From positions 192,001-256,000 of the forward strand of contig CAWHDT010000005.1 in assembly GCA_963828195.1 (NCBI GenBank): a stretch of DNA of 64,000 nt. The letters run 5' to 3'. Made by a program: the position numbers and the translations under genes. The notes under the pieces are model-generated. The model was given only the letters and a program-made list of their open reading frames with translations, searched no databases and was not told the DNA's origin. The stretch comes from Candidatus Bathyarchaeota archaeon. Lineage in GTDB: Archaea; Thermoproteota; Bathyarchaeia; Bathyarchaeales; Bathycorpusculaceae. Shown here in pieces: positions 30,659 to 40,302 of this stretch (positions within the stretch are counted from its first letter, which is position 1; each line of letters starts with the position of its first letter).

Positions 30659-30764
30659 CTCCCGCTTCCACAAACTACCGTTTTTATGAAAAGTTCCCCT
30701 TCAATGATCTTTTTGTTTATGTCACAACCATCTTAAAACTGCTATTGTATATAGAAATTCATAT

Positions 30765-30782
30765 ATATAGAATTCTCTATAT
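30765..30782. repeat. 18-bp inverted repeat, left copy (ATATAGAATTCTCTATAT)
   Basis: Exact reverse complement of 31967-31984; the pair brackets the ATPase gene. Confidence 0.8.
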
Positions 30783-30801
30783 TTGAGGTCGGCGCAAAAC
30801 A

Positions 30802-31956
30802 ATGGTGGTCGTAGGCAAACCTCAAAAAGAAGTTATCGATCGGGAAGAAGAGATAGAAAAACTTGTTAAAAGCCTGTCAGATCCCTCTAAACAAGTTAAT
30901 TATGCGCTAATTGGTCCTCGACGCATCGGGAAGACAACGATACTTCTGAAAGTCAAAGAGCAGCTTGAAAATAACAAAATAATTGTCGCTTACGTGGATC
31001 TCTCAATTTACAAGTTTTCTCCTTATGATTTTGCGCAAAACATAATGTCTCAGGTCACTCGGGCTTATGCCAAAGATCTGGGCAAGACAGAAAAAGCTTC
31101 AACCATCATAGCTAATCTCTTAAAAACTTTGACGAAACTAAAGAAACTCCGTTTAACGTTAGAGCCTTCCATAGATGAAACAGGACAATTCTCCATCAAA
31201 ATAAGACCCGAAATAGAAGAAACCCAGGATTACAAGAACATTTTCCTCTTAGCTTTTGATTACTTCAATGAAGTTTCAAAAAAATGTGGCAAGCGAATAG
31301 TGATAATGATTGATGAGTTTCCCAGCATAATCGAATTTAAACGTTATTCTACTTTAGAAGCGATTACGGAGATTTTTAGAAGCGTTCTTGAAAACAGGGA
31401 AAACGTGCAATATGTCGTCAGCGGCTCTAGAGTTCATTATATGAGGGACATTCTTGGGAAGGGAGAAAGCCCATTATTTGGGCACTTTGTCATTGTAGAA
31501 GTTGGATCATTGCCTGAAGAATATGCAGTTCAATTATACATGCAAAGTGCTAAATCGACCAGAAAAGAGGCGGAAGAGGCATGGAAAATACTAGGGGGTC
31601 ACCCATATTACCTCATAATGTTGGCTGAAAACCGCAAACCCGATGAATCCGTAGAAGAAACATACGAGAGAATTCTCACAAGTTCCTCCGGCGCACTAAA
31701 CTTGTATGTTAACTACATTTTGAAAGATGATTTAGGCTCCTCAACAAAAGAAGCACGCCTCATGCGAATCCTACAAGCAATCTCACGGGGAAACAACACT
31801 TCAGCCCAAATCGCCAAACAAGTAAACCTGAAACTTACTAGTTTACCATTCTATCTTCAAGAGCTAGAAAAATACGACTTGATCGCGAGAAAAGAAGGAA
31901 AATACCAAATTAAAGATAAGATCGTCAATGATTATTTTACGAAGCTGCAAGAATAG
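30802..31956 (+). CDS. archaeal AAA+/STAND-like ATPase (COG1672-like) with C-terminal wHTH
   Basis: IDREEE, GPRRIGKT, IMIDEF, SGS, SPLFG, GGHPYY, C-terminal HTH; no nuclease tail. Confidence 0.88.
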   Translation: MVVVGKPQKEVIDREEEIEKLVKSLSDPSKQVNYALIGPRRIGKTTILLKVKEQLENNKIIVAYVDLSIYKFSPYDFAQNIMSQVTRAYAKDLGKTEKASTIIANLLKTLTKLKKLRLTLEPSIDETGQFSIKIRPEIEETQDYKNIFLLAFDYFNEVSKKCGKRIVIMIDEFPSIIEFKRYSTLEAITEIFRSVLENRENVQYVVSGSRVHYMRDILGKGESPLFGHFVIVEVGSLPEEYAVQLYMQSAKSTRKEAEEAWKILGGHPYYLIMLAENRKPDESVEETYERILTSSSGALNLYVNYILKDDLGSSTKEARLMRILQAISRGNNTSAQIAKQVNLKLTSLPFYLQELEKYDLIARKEGKYQIKDKIVNDYFTKLQE

Positions 31957-31966
31957 ATTTTTCTAT

Positions 31967-31984
31967 ATATAGAGAATTCTATAT
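31967..31984. repeat. 18-bp inverted repeat, right copy (ATATAGAGAATTCTATAT)
   Basis: Exact reverse complement of 30765-30782. Confidence 0.8.
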
Positions 31985-32004
31985 GTCTAAAAAAGGCCAC
32001 CGTT

Positions 32005-32062
32005 GGTAGAGCAGCTGGCTGTTAACCAGTCGGTCAAGGTCCGAATCTTTTCGACGGCGCCA
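32005..32062 (+). repeat. truncated degenerate copy of tRNA-Asn 3' portion (att-like direct repeat)
   Basis: Matches 30600-30658 with 2 substitutions and 1 deletion; lacks the 5' acceptor strand. Confidence 0.92.
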
Positions 32063-32267
32063 TATTTACCTTCATTTTTAAAAGTTAAATGAAAAGTTGC
32101 CTTCAAGCTTTGAAAAACCTTTTTTACAAGTGTTTAATTTTCATTTTGAGCAAGGGGCACGTCATCATTCATGCTCTCAACAGATGACGGTTTGGAAAGT
32201 GATGGCTCAATCTCTTTTTGCAATGGTGGAATACTATTAAGTAAAACTGTATAGTATTGATTAATCC

Positions 32268-32879
32268 ATGGGTAATTTGAATAAGAATCCGCAAAAAAGA
32301 GAAATAATGAATACAGCGGTCAAGCAGTCAAAGCAATCAACACTTGATAATATCGCTTATCAATTCAACATTTCAAAGCCAACTATGACGGGTAAGCCGA
32401 CAAAAGCAATAATGATTAACGACATCATTAGCCAATTCAAAGAAGAAGAGCTTTTTCTAAATGTCGATTTTACTCTGGTCCCTTCAAAGGTTTCTTTTTC
32501 TAAAGTCAGCATAGATTTGTTTTTTCAAGAGCACCAGCTCATTTCTAATACGCTTAGCATACCTCAAAGTACGCTATTAAACGACAGATTCGATTATCCC
32601 ATGGTCTTAGATATGAGAGGAATTGATGCAGGAAGTTACCTGATAGAGGTCGAAATGTATGAGTTATGGTCTCCTGATGAGAAGCTCTTCTTCACGTCCA
32701 AGTCGATTGTTATAGATTATGTCCCGCAAACTAGGGAATCAAGACTTGTAAAAATACCGACTGTTAAGAGCGTTGCGGGTTCAACCTTAACAGTTGTTTC
32801 ATCCAGCGAAAAAGAGATTTACCGCGATTTACAGCAGGACCTAAAGCAACAAGAAACAAGCAAAAGAGACAAATGGTAA
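32268..32879 (+). CDS. hypothetical protein (beta-sandwich-like core)
   Basis: 203-aa ORF; AGSYLIEVEM is Ig-like; no family recognised. Confidence 0.65.
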   Translation: MGNLNKNPQKREIMNTAVKQSKQSTLDNIAYQFNISKPTMTGKPTKAIMINDIISQFKEEELFLNVDFTLVPSKVSFSKVSIDLFFQEHQLISNTLSIPQSTLLNDRFDYPMVLDMRGIDAGSYLIEVEMYELWSPDEKLFFTSKSIVIDYVPQTRESRLVKIPTVKSVAGSTLTVVSSSEKEIYRDLQQDLKQQETSKRDKW

Positions 32880-32966
32880 CCTAAAAAGATCAGATGTCAG
32901 AATTAAAAAACATATGAAAAGCCTAAAATATCCGCCAACTAAAAAAAGGTGAATTAGCGAAAACTT

Positions 32967-33278
32967 ATGTTTGAACCCCATCAAGGAAACGTGAAATTAG
33001 ATTGTGAATTTGATAAAGTATGGGATTATTTGAAAGCGAAGGGGGAGCTTTATTTGCAGACTGAGGTAGAAGGCAAGCCATTTATCGCAAAAGCAAGGGT
33101 GGCAACAAGGGGAAAACATTCAGGGGAACAAGTAATAGTTTTTCTCCATGAAAAGAATGGGAAGCGAACTGAATCTGCAAGAGGTTATGAATGCTGCTGG
33201 GGGCATTACTACAACTGCTACGGAACCAGAATCGGCATGTACTTTAAAGCATTGGTCCACTCGACACGATTTTCATAG
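32967..33278 (+). CDS. hypothetical protein with Cys/His-rich C-terminus
   Basis: AGGTGA RBS; YECCWGHYYNC. Confidence 0.7.
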   Translation: MFEPHQGNVKLDCEFDKVWDYLKAKGELYLQTEVEGKPFIAKARVATRGKHSGEQVIVFLHEKNGKRTESARGYECCWGHYYNCYGTRIGMYFKALVHSTRFS

Positions 33279-33642
33279 AACAGTTTTTTCATTTCACTTT
33301 TCCAAACGATAATAGCTTTGAACAAAAAAGCTATAAGTTAACAAACAAAATTTTTTGCTTTTTTATTATTGTGACTCAAATCGACATTTCGTAAATTGGA
33401 AATAGCTATCGTTGAGTTAATGGGCGAAAATTAGTGTTAAACGGATTTAGCCTTACGCTAACAGGGATAAGGGAAAAAGAAGAGAGAGGGGACCTTATCT
33501 TCTATTAGCAGCCGAACCCGCTCAAACAACCGCTGGCTCTTAGCTTTCTTCTTGATTATCCCTTATCGTTCAAAGAGAATATAAAATAATGTTGTCGCAC
33601 ATTGAAGCAACAATCAAAAGTTATTGATTGATCAGTCTGATT

Positions 33643-34017
33643 TTATTTTTGTTTAAGTTTTTCGTCGAGGATTCCAATTAGTGTTTCTGGTTTGACTGGT
33701 TTAAGTAGAAATAAGTCGGCTCCTCTATTTACCTCGTCGAGCGTATCGGTTGACATAGGCGTACCTGTCAATACTATCTTCAGCATGCCGGGGGCTACTT
33801 TACTCATCTGAGGCAACAAATCGGTTCCCAATGTTTCCCCTAAACCGACATCAATCAAAGCTGCATCAAACTTTTTAGTGGACAGTTTTTCTGAAGCCTC
33901 TTTGCCCGTTTGAGCTGTAATTACATCGTAGCCTTCTCTGCTCAACAGACGAGCCATAGTTCTCAGAATGGAAACGTTATCATCAATTACAAGTATGCTA
34001 CGCTTATTCTCAGCCAT
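33643..34017 (-). CDS. single-domain response regulator (receiver)
   Basis: ILVIDD, LID phospho-acceptor, LTG, KPV. Confidence 0.92.
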   Translation of the reverse strand: MAENKRSILVIDDNVSILRTMARLLSREGYDVITAQTGKEASEKLSTKKFDAALIDVGLGETLGTDLLPQMSKVAPGMLKIVLTGTPMSTDTLDEVNRGADLFLLKPVKPETLIGILDEKLKQK

Positions 34018-34210
34018 GAATTAAACAAGTCCTTCTGGGATTATTTCTCGCGGAAAAATATCTAAATCAACTGAATAATCGCCGAATGTTTAAACATTTG
34101 TTGCAGCAACTTGACACATACATTTCCTCAAACAACTAAAGCTAATTTTTTTAAGCATAATCTAATAAGAGCAAAGACATCCGACGTACAATAATAAGAT
34201 AGAAAGTCAT

Positions 34211-37200
34211 TTGAGCATCTTAAACAGTAAAGGTAACAGGCAGATGGGTTATGTGGCAAACACAGACGAAATGAACGATAAGCTTCAGGTTGATTTTCCT
34301 GTTGTCGGAATCGGTGCTTCTGCCGGCGGGTTAGAAGCATTCAGGAGTTTGCTTGAATGTTTATCTGTTAACACGGGCTTATCTTTTGTTGTCATCCAGC
34401 ATCTGGCCGCTGGACAAGAAAGCATGCTTACAGATATTCTATCAAGATTTACTAAAATTCCAGTCCAAATCATCAAAGATGGGACATCAATTGAACCAAA
34501 CCATGTTTACGTGATTCCGCCAGGAACCACCATGACAGTGGAAAAAAAAGTTCTTAAACTCAACCCAAAAGGCAAGTCTCTAAAACCCATAGACACCTTT
34601 TTTATTTCTCTCGCCGAAGACTCAAAAGCTCAAAGCATCGGCGTCGTGCTTTCAGGCACAGGTTCTGATGGAACCGAAGGACTAAAAGCCATCAAAGCCC
34701 AGGGCGGAATCACGTTCGCGCAGACTCCAAGCTCAGCCCAGTACCCAGACATGCCGCAAAACGCTATTGCAGCCGACGCCACAGACTTCGTTCTAACCCC
34801 AGACAACATCGCGCTGGAACTCCAGAAAATCTCCAAGAACCCACATCTTGCCCACACCACGATTGAAGCAAAAGAAGAGAAAGCTGCAGAAAAAGCCGTT
34901 CCAAAGAGGGAAACTGGTTTAAACGCAATATTTGCCATGCTAAAATCAAATTTCAACGTTGATTTTTCACACTATAAAGAAACGGTTGTAAACCGGCGTG
35001 TCTCCCGCCGAATGGTAATTAACCACTTAGAGAAAATGGCGAAGTACGTTGAGTATTTGCGGACGCATCCAAATGAGCTCGAAGCGTTGTTTAACGATAT
35101 GCTAATTGGTGTGACAAGTTTCTTCAGAGAAACCGAAACCTTTGTTGCCCTGAAAGAAACAGCTTTTCCGGATTTAGTTAAAAAACACAATTCTAAAGAG
35201 CCTATCCGCTTTTGGATTCCAGGCTGCTCAACGGGAGAAGAAGCCTACTCATTTGCCATAGCAATTCAAGAATACCTTGAAGAAAACTCAATTAATGATC
35301 TTCAAATCCAAATTTTCGGCACCGACGTCAACGAAAAAAACATTGAAAAAGCACGACAAGGAATCTACCAAAAAACCATAGAGGCTGACGTTTCTGAAAA
35401 CCGACTAAAACGTTACTTCGTTAGCCTCAACAGCGGCGGCAACTATCAAATCTCCAAAAAAATCCGAGACAAATGCGTGTTTGCAAAGCAAGACATAACC
35501 GCTGACCCACCCTTCTCCAACATGGATCTAGTCAGCTGCCGCAACATGCTAATTTACTTTGACGAATATCTTCATGAAAGAGTACTGCCCACGCTGCACT
35601 ATGCCTTGAAGGTAGGTGGCTTTCTTGTTCTTGGGCAATCTGAAAGCATAGGCAAATTTACAAGCCTATTTGAACCCGTAAAAAAGACGACGATTTATTT
35701 AAAAAAGAGGACCCAGCCGAGCATCACTTTTGGATTACAAACTTCGCCCTACCAGCATAAGCTTAAAGAAATCAAAGCAGGCGAAAAGAAAGATACTCTT
35801 TCGATTTTAAAAGATGAAGTTGACCGTTTGCTGGTCACTGAGTATGTTCCCGCCGCTTTGCTGGTTAATGCCAATTCAGATGTTCTCGTTTTCCGAGGGA
35901 ACGTTGCTCCATACATTTTGCCTGAATCTGGGCTCGCAAGTTTGAATCTTGCTAAGATAATGCGTAAAGAGTTAAAGTCTGAAGTCCAAACCATGATTTA
36001 TAGAGCAAAAAAAGAAAATAAACCAGTAAGTGAAAATGGTGTTCGGTTCGAATTTGGTGGGGAACAAAAAACCATAAATGTTAAGGTCATTCCACTGCAA
36101 TTTGAACGGTTCGAAGAGCCGTTTTTCCTTGTTTTGTTTGATGATGTTAGTTCCGCTGCTGCGTTACTGCGTCAAACCTTAGAGTTAACATCTACTCCTC
36201 AGGGTCAGGATAGTGCCAGGGATCAACAAATTAAGGAGCTCAGAGAGGAATTGGACTCAGCTAAGCTGTCTTTGCAGAGAATTATTGAAACCGAAGAAGC
36301 GACCAACGAAGAGTTGAGAACCACCATGGAGGAAGCGCAGTCCAGCAATGAGGAGTTGCAGAGCACAAACGAAGAGTTGGAGACAGCGAAAGAGGAGCTT
36401 CAGTCAAGCAACGAAGAATTAAAAACGCTAAATGACGAAGTGAGAAATCGAAATCAAACGCTTGCACAGTTGAACGATGATCTAGTTAACTTGAACAGAA
36501 ATGTGGGTCCAGCTGTCGTTATCATCGATAGAAACCGAAAAATCAGGTTGTTTTCTCCTTCAGCAACGAAAATTTTGAATCTTTCTCCTTCAACAATTGG
36601 ATTGCCGATAACGACTATTAGACTAAGCGTAATAGTTGAGGACTTAGAAAGTACACTTGCGGAAGTTATGTCTAAACTAAGCGTTATTGCCCGAGAAGTA
36701 AGGGATGAGCAAGGCCATTATTACGAAATGCAAATTAGACCTTACATAACACTGGAGGACAAGATAGATGGCGCTGTTTTGTCCTTTATCGATATTGATG
36801 ACAGAAAAAAACTTGAAAAGACTCAGCGACTTGCCGCCATAGGCGAAACAGCAGGCATGGTTGGACATGACATCCGTAACCCCCTGCAGGCTATAACCAG
36901 CGACGTTTACTTGCTTAAAGATTATTTTTCGGCGACACCTGAAATGAAGACCAAGAAGGATGCAGCAGAAAGTTTAGACGGCATAGAGAAAAACGTTGAC
37001 TACATTAATAAAATTGTAGCTGACCTGCAAGATTATGCGAGAACGATCAGCCCCACTTTTCAAGAAACAGACTTAGAAGCTTTGTGTAAAGAAATGCTGC
37101 AGGGAAAATACATACCGGGTAACGTTGAATTTTCATGCAACATCGAGGGTTCAGCCAAAAAAATCTTGGTTGACGGCAGTTTATTGAAGCGCATTCTCGG

Positions 37201-37516
37201 CAATCTGGTGTCTAATGCAGTTCAAGCTATGCCTAATGGAGGAAAACTAGCAGTGAGTGCACATAAGGAAGCGGGCGACGTAGTTATCGCAGTTTCGGAT
37301 ACAGGCGTAGGCATCCCTAACAAAATTAAGCCAAAGGTTTTCACTCCGTTCTTCACAACCAAATCTAAGGGTCAAGGCTTAGGATTAGCCGTGGTCAAAC
37401 GCGTGACTGAAGCATTAAACGGCACAGTAGCTTTTGAGAGTAAAGAAGGAAACGGAACAACTTTCATTGTGCGCCTGCCCCCTCAAAAGCTAAACGGCAA
37501 ATGGACATTCAAGTAA
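34211..37516 (+). CDS. CheB methylesterase-CheR methyltransferase-coiled coil-PAS-histidine kinase fusion
   Basis: GASAGG/QH/GSDG (CheB), GCSTGEEAYS and SCRNMLIY (CheR), EELQS.NEE coil, HDIRNPL, N/G1/F/G2 boxes; true start may be ATG 34243. Confidence 0.93.
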   Translation: MSILNSKGNRQMGYVANTDEMNDKLQVDFPVVGIGASAGGLEAFRSLLECLSVNTGLSFVVIQHLAAGQESMLTDILSRFTKIPVQIIKDGTSIEPNHVYVIPPGTTMTVEKKVLKLNPKGKSLKPIDTFFISLAEDSKAQSIGVVLSGTGSDGTEGLKAIKAQGGITFAQTPSSAQYPDMPQNAIAADATDFVLTPDNIALELQKISKNPHLAHTTIEAKEEKAAEKAVPKRETGLNAIFAMLKSNFNVDFSHYKETVVNRRVSRRMVINHLEKMAKYVEYLRTHPNELEALFNDMLIGVTSFFRETETFVALKETAFPDLVKKHNSKEPIRFWIPGCSTGEEAYSFAIAIQEYLEENSINDLQIQIFGTDVNEKNIEKARQGIYQKTIEADVSENRLKRYFVSLNSGGNYQISKKIRDKCVFAKQDITADPPFSNMDLVSCRNMLIYFDEYLHERVLPTLHYALKVGGFLVLGQSESIGKFTSLFEPVKKTTIYLKKRTQPSITFGLQTSPYQHKLKEIKAGEKKDTLSILKDEVDRLLVTEYVPAALLVNANSDVLVFRGNVAPYILPESGLASLNLAKIMRKELKSEVQTMIYRAKKENKPVSENGVRFEFGGEQKTINVKVIPLQFERFEEPFFLVLFDDVSSAAALLRQTLELTSTPQGQDSARDQQIKELREELDSAKLSLQRIIETEEATNEELRTTMEEAQSSNEELQSTNEELETAKEELQSSNEELKTLNDEVRNRNQTLAQLNDDLVNLNRNVGPAVVIIDRNRKIRLFSPSATKILNLSPSTIGLPITTIRLSVIVEDLESTLAEVMSKLSVIAREVRDEQGHYYEMQIRPYITLEDKIDGAVLSFIDIDDRKKLEKTQRLAAIGETAGMVGHDIRNPLQAITSDVYLLKDYFSATPEMKTKKDAAESLDGIEKNVDYINKIVADLQDYARTISPTFQETDLEALCKEMLQGKYIPGNVEFSCNIEGSAKKILVDGSLLKRILGNLVSNAVQAMPNGGKLAVSAHKEAGDVVIAVSDTGVGIPNKIKPKVFTPFFTTKSKGQGLGLAVVKRVTEALNGTVAFESKEGNGTTFIVRLPPQKLNGKWTFK

Positions 37517-37702
37517 ATACAGATTGCGTTGTAGCCCAAGACATGGTTTGCAGTTATAAACGCGCGATAAACCAAACCATATGTCCAAGAAATTTCAGGT
37601 ATTCTATGTGACATTTAATCGTTAGGAAGCTTGTGTGGGAACTGCAAAATTAAAATAAAAGCGCTTGATATGGTTTTCGAAGCTATAATATATTGGTGCT
37701 GA

Positions 37703-39307
37703 GTGAAAAATATGAGCAGTAAACTTAAACTTGAAGAAAACCTGCGGATTCCTGCAACGATGTCTACTCAGCATCCTGACAACGCAAACATCCCTGAATG
37801 GAGCAATGAAGAAGTAATCAACGGCAACACAGAAGTCTATGAAGCCTACTACGCATACAGTACGCTTGGCTGCCAAGAGGTTATGTGGGACTCAGAGGGA
37901 AAAGATACCGATACCCGTGTCGTGAGGAAACTGTTGCAGAAGTACTGGGATTACTTCTCGGGGCACGCAATAGGTGAAGATGTGTACTTGACATACCGTA
38001 TACCGAACCCCAGAATTGAGGGTCCTGAAAGAAAATTCTTCGTTGAAACACTCCAAAATATTCCAGTCGCACACGATGTGGCTTCGCTGGTTTACCGAAG
38101 AGAAGTTGTGCCCATTTTCGAGGTTATCTTGCCTTTTACGACCGATGCGCAAGAACTCATCATGCTTCTTAACTACTATAAAAAAGCCATAATTGGCCAT
38201 GAAGACGTAACTCTTTATGAGTCGATAACAACCAAAGAATGGATCGGCAGTTTCAATCCTAAAACCATCAAGGTAATTCCTCTGGTTGAAGATTTTGACA
38301 GCATCGTAAACGTGGATAAGATTGTTCGCCCTTACCTGCAAGCAGTTAAACCTAAGCAGCAAAGAGTCTTCATTGCGCGCTCCGACCCCGCGTTAAATTA
38401 CGGGTTAATATGCGCTGTCTTGCTCTCCAAAATCTGCCTCAGCAAACTTAAACAGCTAGAAAAAGAGCAAAACACGCTGATACACCCCATCCTTGGAGTC
38501 GGATCTAAACCCTTCAGAGGGCATCTCTCACCTGACAACATTGACAACTTCTTGGAAGAATACAAGGGATTATCAACCGTGACAGTTCAGTCAGCTTTTA
38601 GATATGACTATCCAAACGCGCAGGTAAAAGAAGGCATTGAAACCCTCAACCAACAGTTACCAAACGGCGAAGCCGAAATAATCGAACGAAATGAAGAAAC
38701 CGCCATTTTAACTATGCTTGCCAAATGCCGAGCGCAATATGAAAGCCAAATAGAATCATTGGCGCCATTCATTAACAGTGTTGCGGCCTATGTGCCTGCG
38801 AGAAGAGCACGGAAACTCCACATTGGACTCTTCGGCTACAGCAGATGCGTTGCAGGTGTATGTCTGCCAAGAGCAATAGCGTTCGCTGCATCATTATACA
38901 GCATCGGTTTGCCCCCTGAATTCATGGGACTGAGGGCTCTAAATCAACTAAATGACGAAGAATATGCGCTTCTCCAAAAATATTACCTAAAAATGCACTC
39001 TGACCTGAAGGTTGTCGGCGCCTACGTTTCAAGGGAAAACATTAACATGCTACTTGAAATGAGCAGCCAAACAGCTAAACGAGCCAACATGAGCGAAGAA
39101 AAATTCAAAAAAGCTCTTAGCAGCAGCTTAGATGACTTAAAAACGGTTGAAGAAAAACTTGGGATTAAACTTGGTCCTAAAAGCATCGCCGAGAGGAAAC
39201 ATGAGAACTTCACTAACAACTTTCTGTTAAGCTACCTGCAAAAAGAAGATGGCGAAGCAAAAAAAGCGTTACTTGAATCGGCTAAACTTCGAAAATGTTT
39301 GGGATAA
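37703..39307 (+). CDS. ppcA: archaeal-type phosphoenolpyruvate carboxylase
   Basis: IPATMSTQHPDN, MWDSEGK, FEVILP, ARSDPALNYG, PFRG, LPRAI. Confidence 0.95.
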   Translation: MKNMSSKLKLEENLRIPATMSTQHPDNANIPEWSNEEVINGNTEVYEAYYAYSTLGCQEVMWDSEGKDTDTRVVRKLLQKYWDYFSGHAIGEDVYLTYRIPNPRIEGPERKFFVETLQNIPVAHDVASLVYRREVVPIFEVILPFTTDAQELIMLLNYYKKAIIGHEDVTLYESITTKEWIGSFNPKTIKVIPLVEDFDSIVNVDKIVRPYLQAVKPKQQRVFIARSDPALNYGLICAVLLSKICLSKLKQLEKEQNTLIHPILGVGSKPFRGHLSPDNIDNFLEEYKGLSTVTVQSAFRYDYPNAQVKEGIETLNQQLPNGEAEIIERNEETAILTMLAKCRAQYESQIESLAPFINSVAAYVPARRARKLHIGLFGYSRCVAGVCLPRAIAFAASLYSIGLPPEFMGLRALNQLNDEEYALLQKYYLKMHSDLKVVGAYVSRENINMLLEMSSQTAKRANMSEEKFKKALSSSLDDLKTVEEKLGIKLGPKSIAERKHENFTNNFLLSYLQKEDGEAKKALLESAKLRKCLG

Positions 39308-39363
39308 CATAGCAGCTTGCTTAACTTTTTCTACCCAGGCATTTCGTCGCGTCAATTTCGCAG

Positions 39364-39906
39364 CTACAATGCACCCAATTTTTGTGAGAGGGCAACGATT
39401 TGTTCTTGGAACCTTGCGTTCATTTTATTAAATCGCATAGCTGCTGACGGATGAATAATTTCCACGTATTCTATGCCGTTCAGTCGCGGCGTATCCTTTG
39501 CGGAAGCGCCAAGCAACACGATTATTTTTGGTTTAATAACGCTTATCTGCATGTTCAAGTAGGGTAAGCATGCCGCTACCTCGTCGGGAGAGGGCTTTCT
39601 GTTTTGCGGAGAAGTATGTTTTACAATGTTGGTTATGAACACGTCCTCGCGTTTTATGCCGTTCTCAGATAGCGCCTTAGTCAAGAATTTTCCTGCTCGT
39701 CCAACGAAGGGTCTGCCAGTTTCATCTTCGTCAGCTCCGGGGTTCTGCCCCACAAACATGACCTTAGCGTTTAAGGGTCCCTCGCCGGGCACAGCATGTT
39801 TGGCTCCTTGCCAAAGCCTGCATTTTCTGCAACCGTAAATTTGCAAGTTTAAATCGTCAAGCGCCAATATGATTCGCCTTGAAGTTGGGTTATGACAGTC
39901 ACACAA
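39364..39906 (-). CDS. uracil-DNA glycosylase family 4-like (atypical motifs)
   Basis: CRKCRL..AVPGEG, GQNPG, GRPFVGRAG, ITNIVKH, HPSAA. Confidence 0.88.
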   Translation of the reverse strand: MCDCHNPTSRRIILALDDLNLQIYGCRKCRLWQGAKHAVPGEGPLNAKVMFVGQNPGADEDETGRPFVGRAGKFLTKALSENGIKREDVFITNIVKHTSPQNRKPSPDEVAACLPYLNMQISVIKPKIIVLLGASAKDTPRLNGIEYVEIIHPSAAMRFNKMNARFQEQIVALSQKLGAL

Positions 39907-39999
39907 CCTTAAAAAAATCGCCCCAACTAGTTTATAATCAAGTTGTTACTTCTTTCTAAAAAGGAGCAAAAAAGCTTCTAACGTTTTGAAGGTTAAAAA

Positions 40000-40302
40000 A
40001 TGACTCAAGGAGAACCCGTATCTGAATCTCTTGTCGAAAGCGCAACTCGCGTTCTTTTAAGAGTTGCCTTTGCTTTTGAACCTTTAGCGCCGACAGGCAT
40101 AACTATACTTGTCAACCAGCAGCTTCACAAGTTCAAAGAAGCAGGCGCAATAGGAAACTACAAAACCAAAACTAAACGTTTAGGAAAATTTCATTACCGC
40201 ATAACAATAGATTTAGATGTAACTGGCATGCAAGCTGTCCACCTTCTCACTAACTTATTTCCCAATCAATTAAGCCGGTTCAGGAGGTGGTTCCATGACT
40301 GA
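40000..40302 (+). CDS. hypothetical protein
   Basis: 100-aa ORF; 3' end overlaps the following micro-ORF. Confidence 0.65.
   Translation: MTQGEPVSESLVESATRVLLRVAFAFEPLAPTGITILVNQQLHKFKEAGAIGNYKTKTKRLGKFHYRITIDLDVTGMQAVHLLTNLFPNQLSRFRRWFHD

Noticed and set aside
30451-30786. 111-aa ORF in the track
   Set aside because: Runs across tRNA-Asn; shadow ORF.
36280-36440. 21-bp periodic GAAGAG/AACGAAGA repeats
   Set aside because: Heptad coiled coil of the CheBR kinase.
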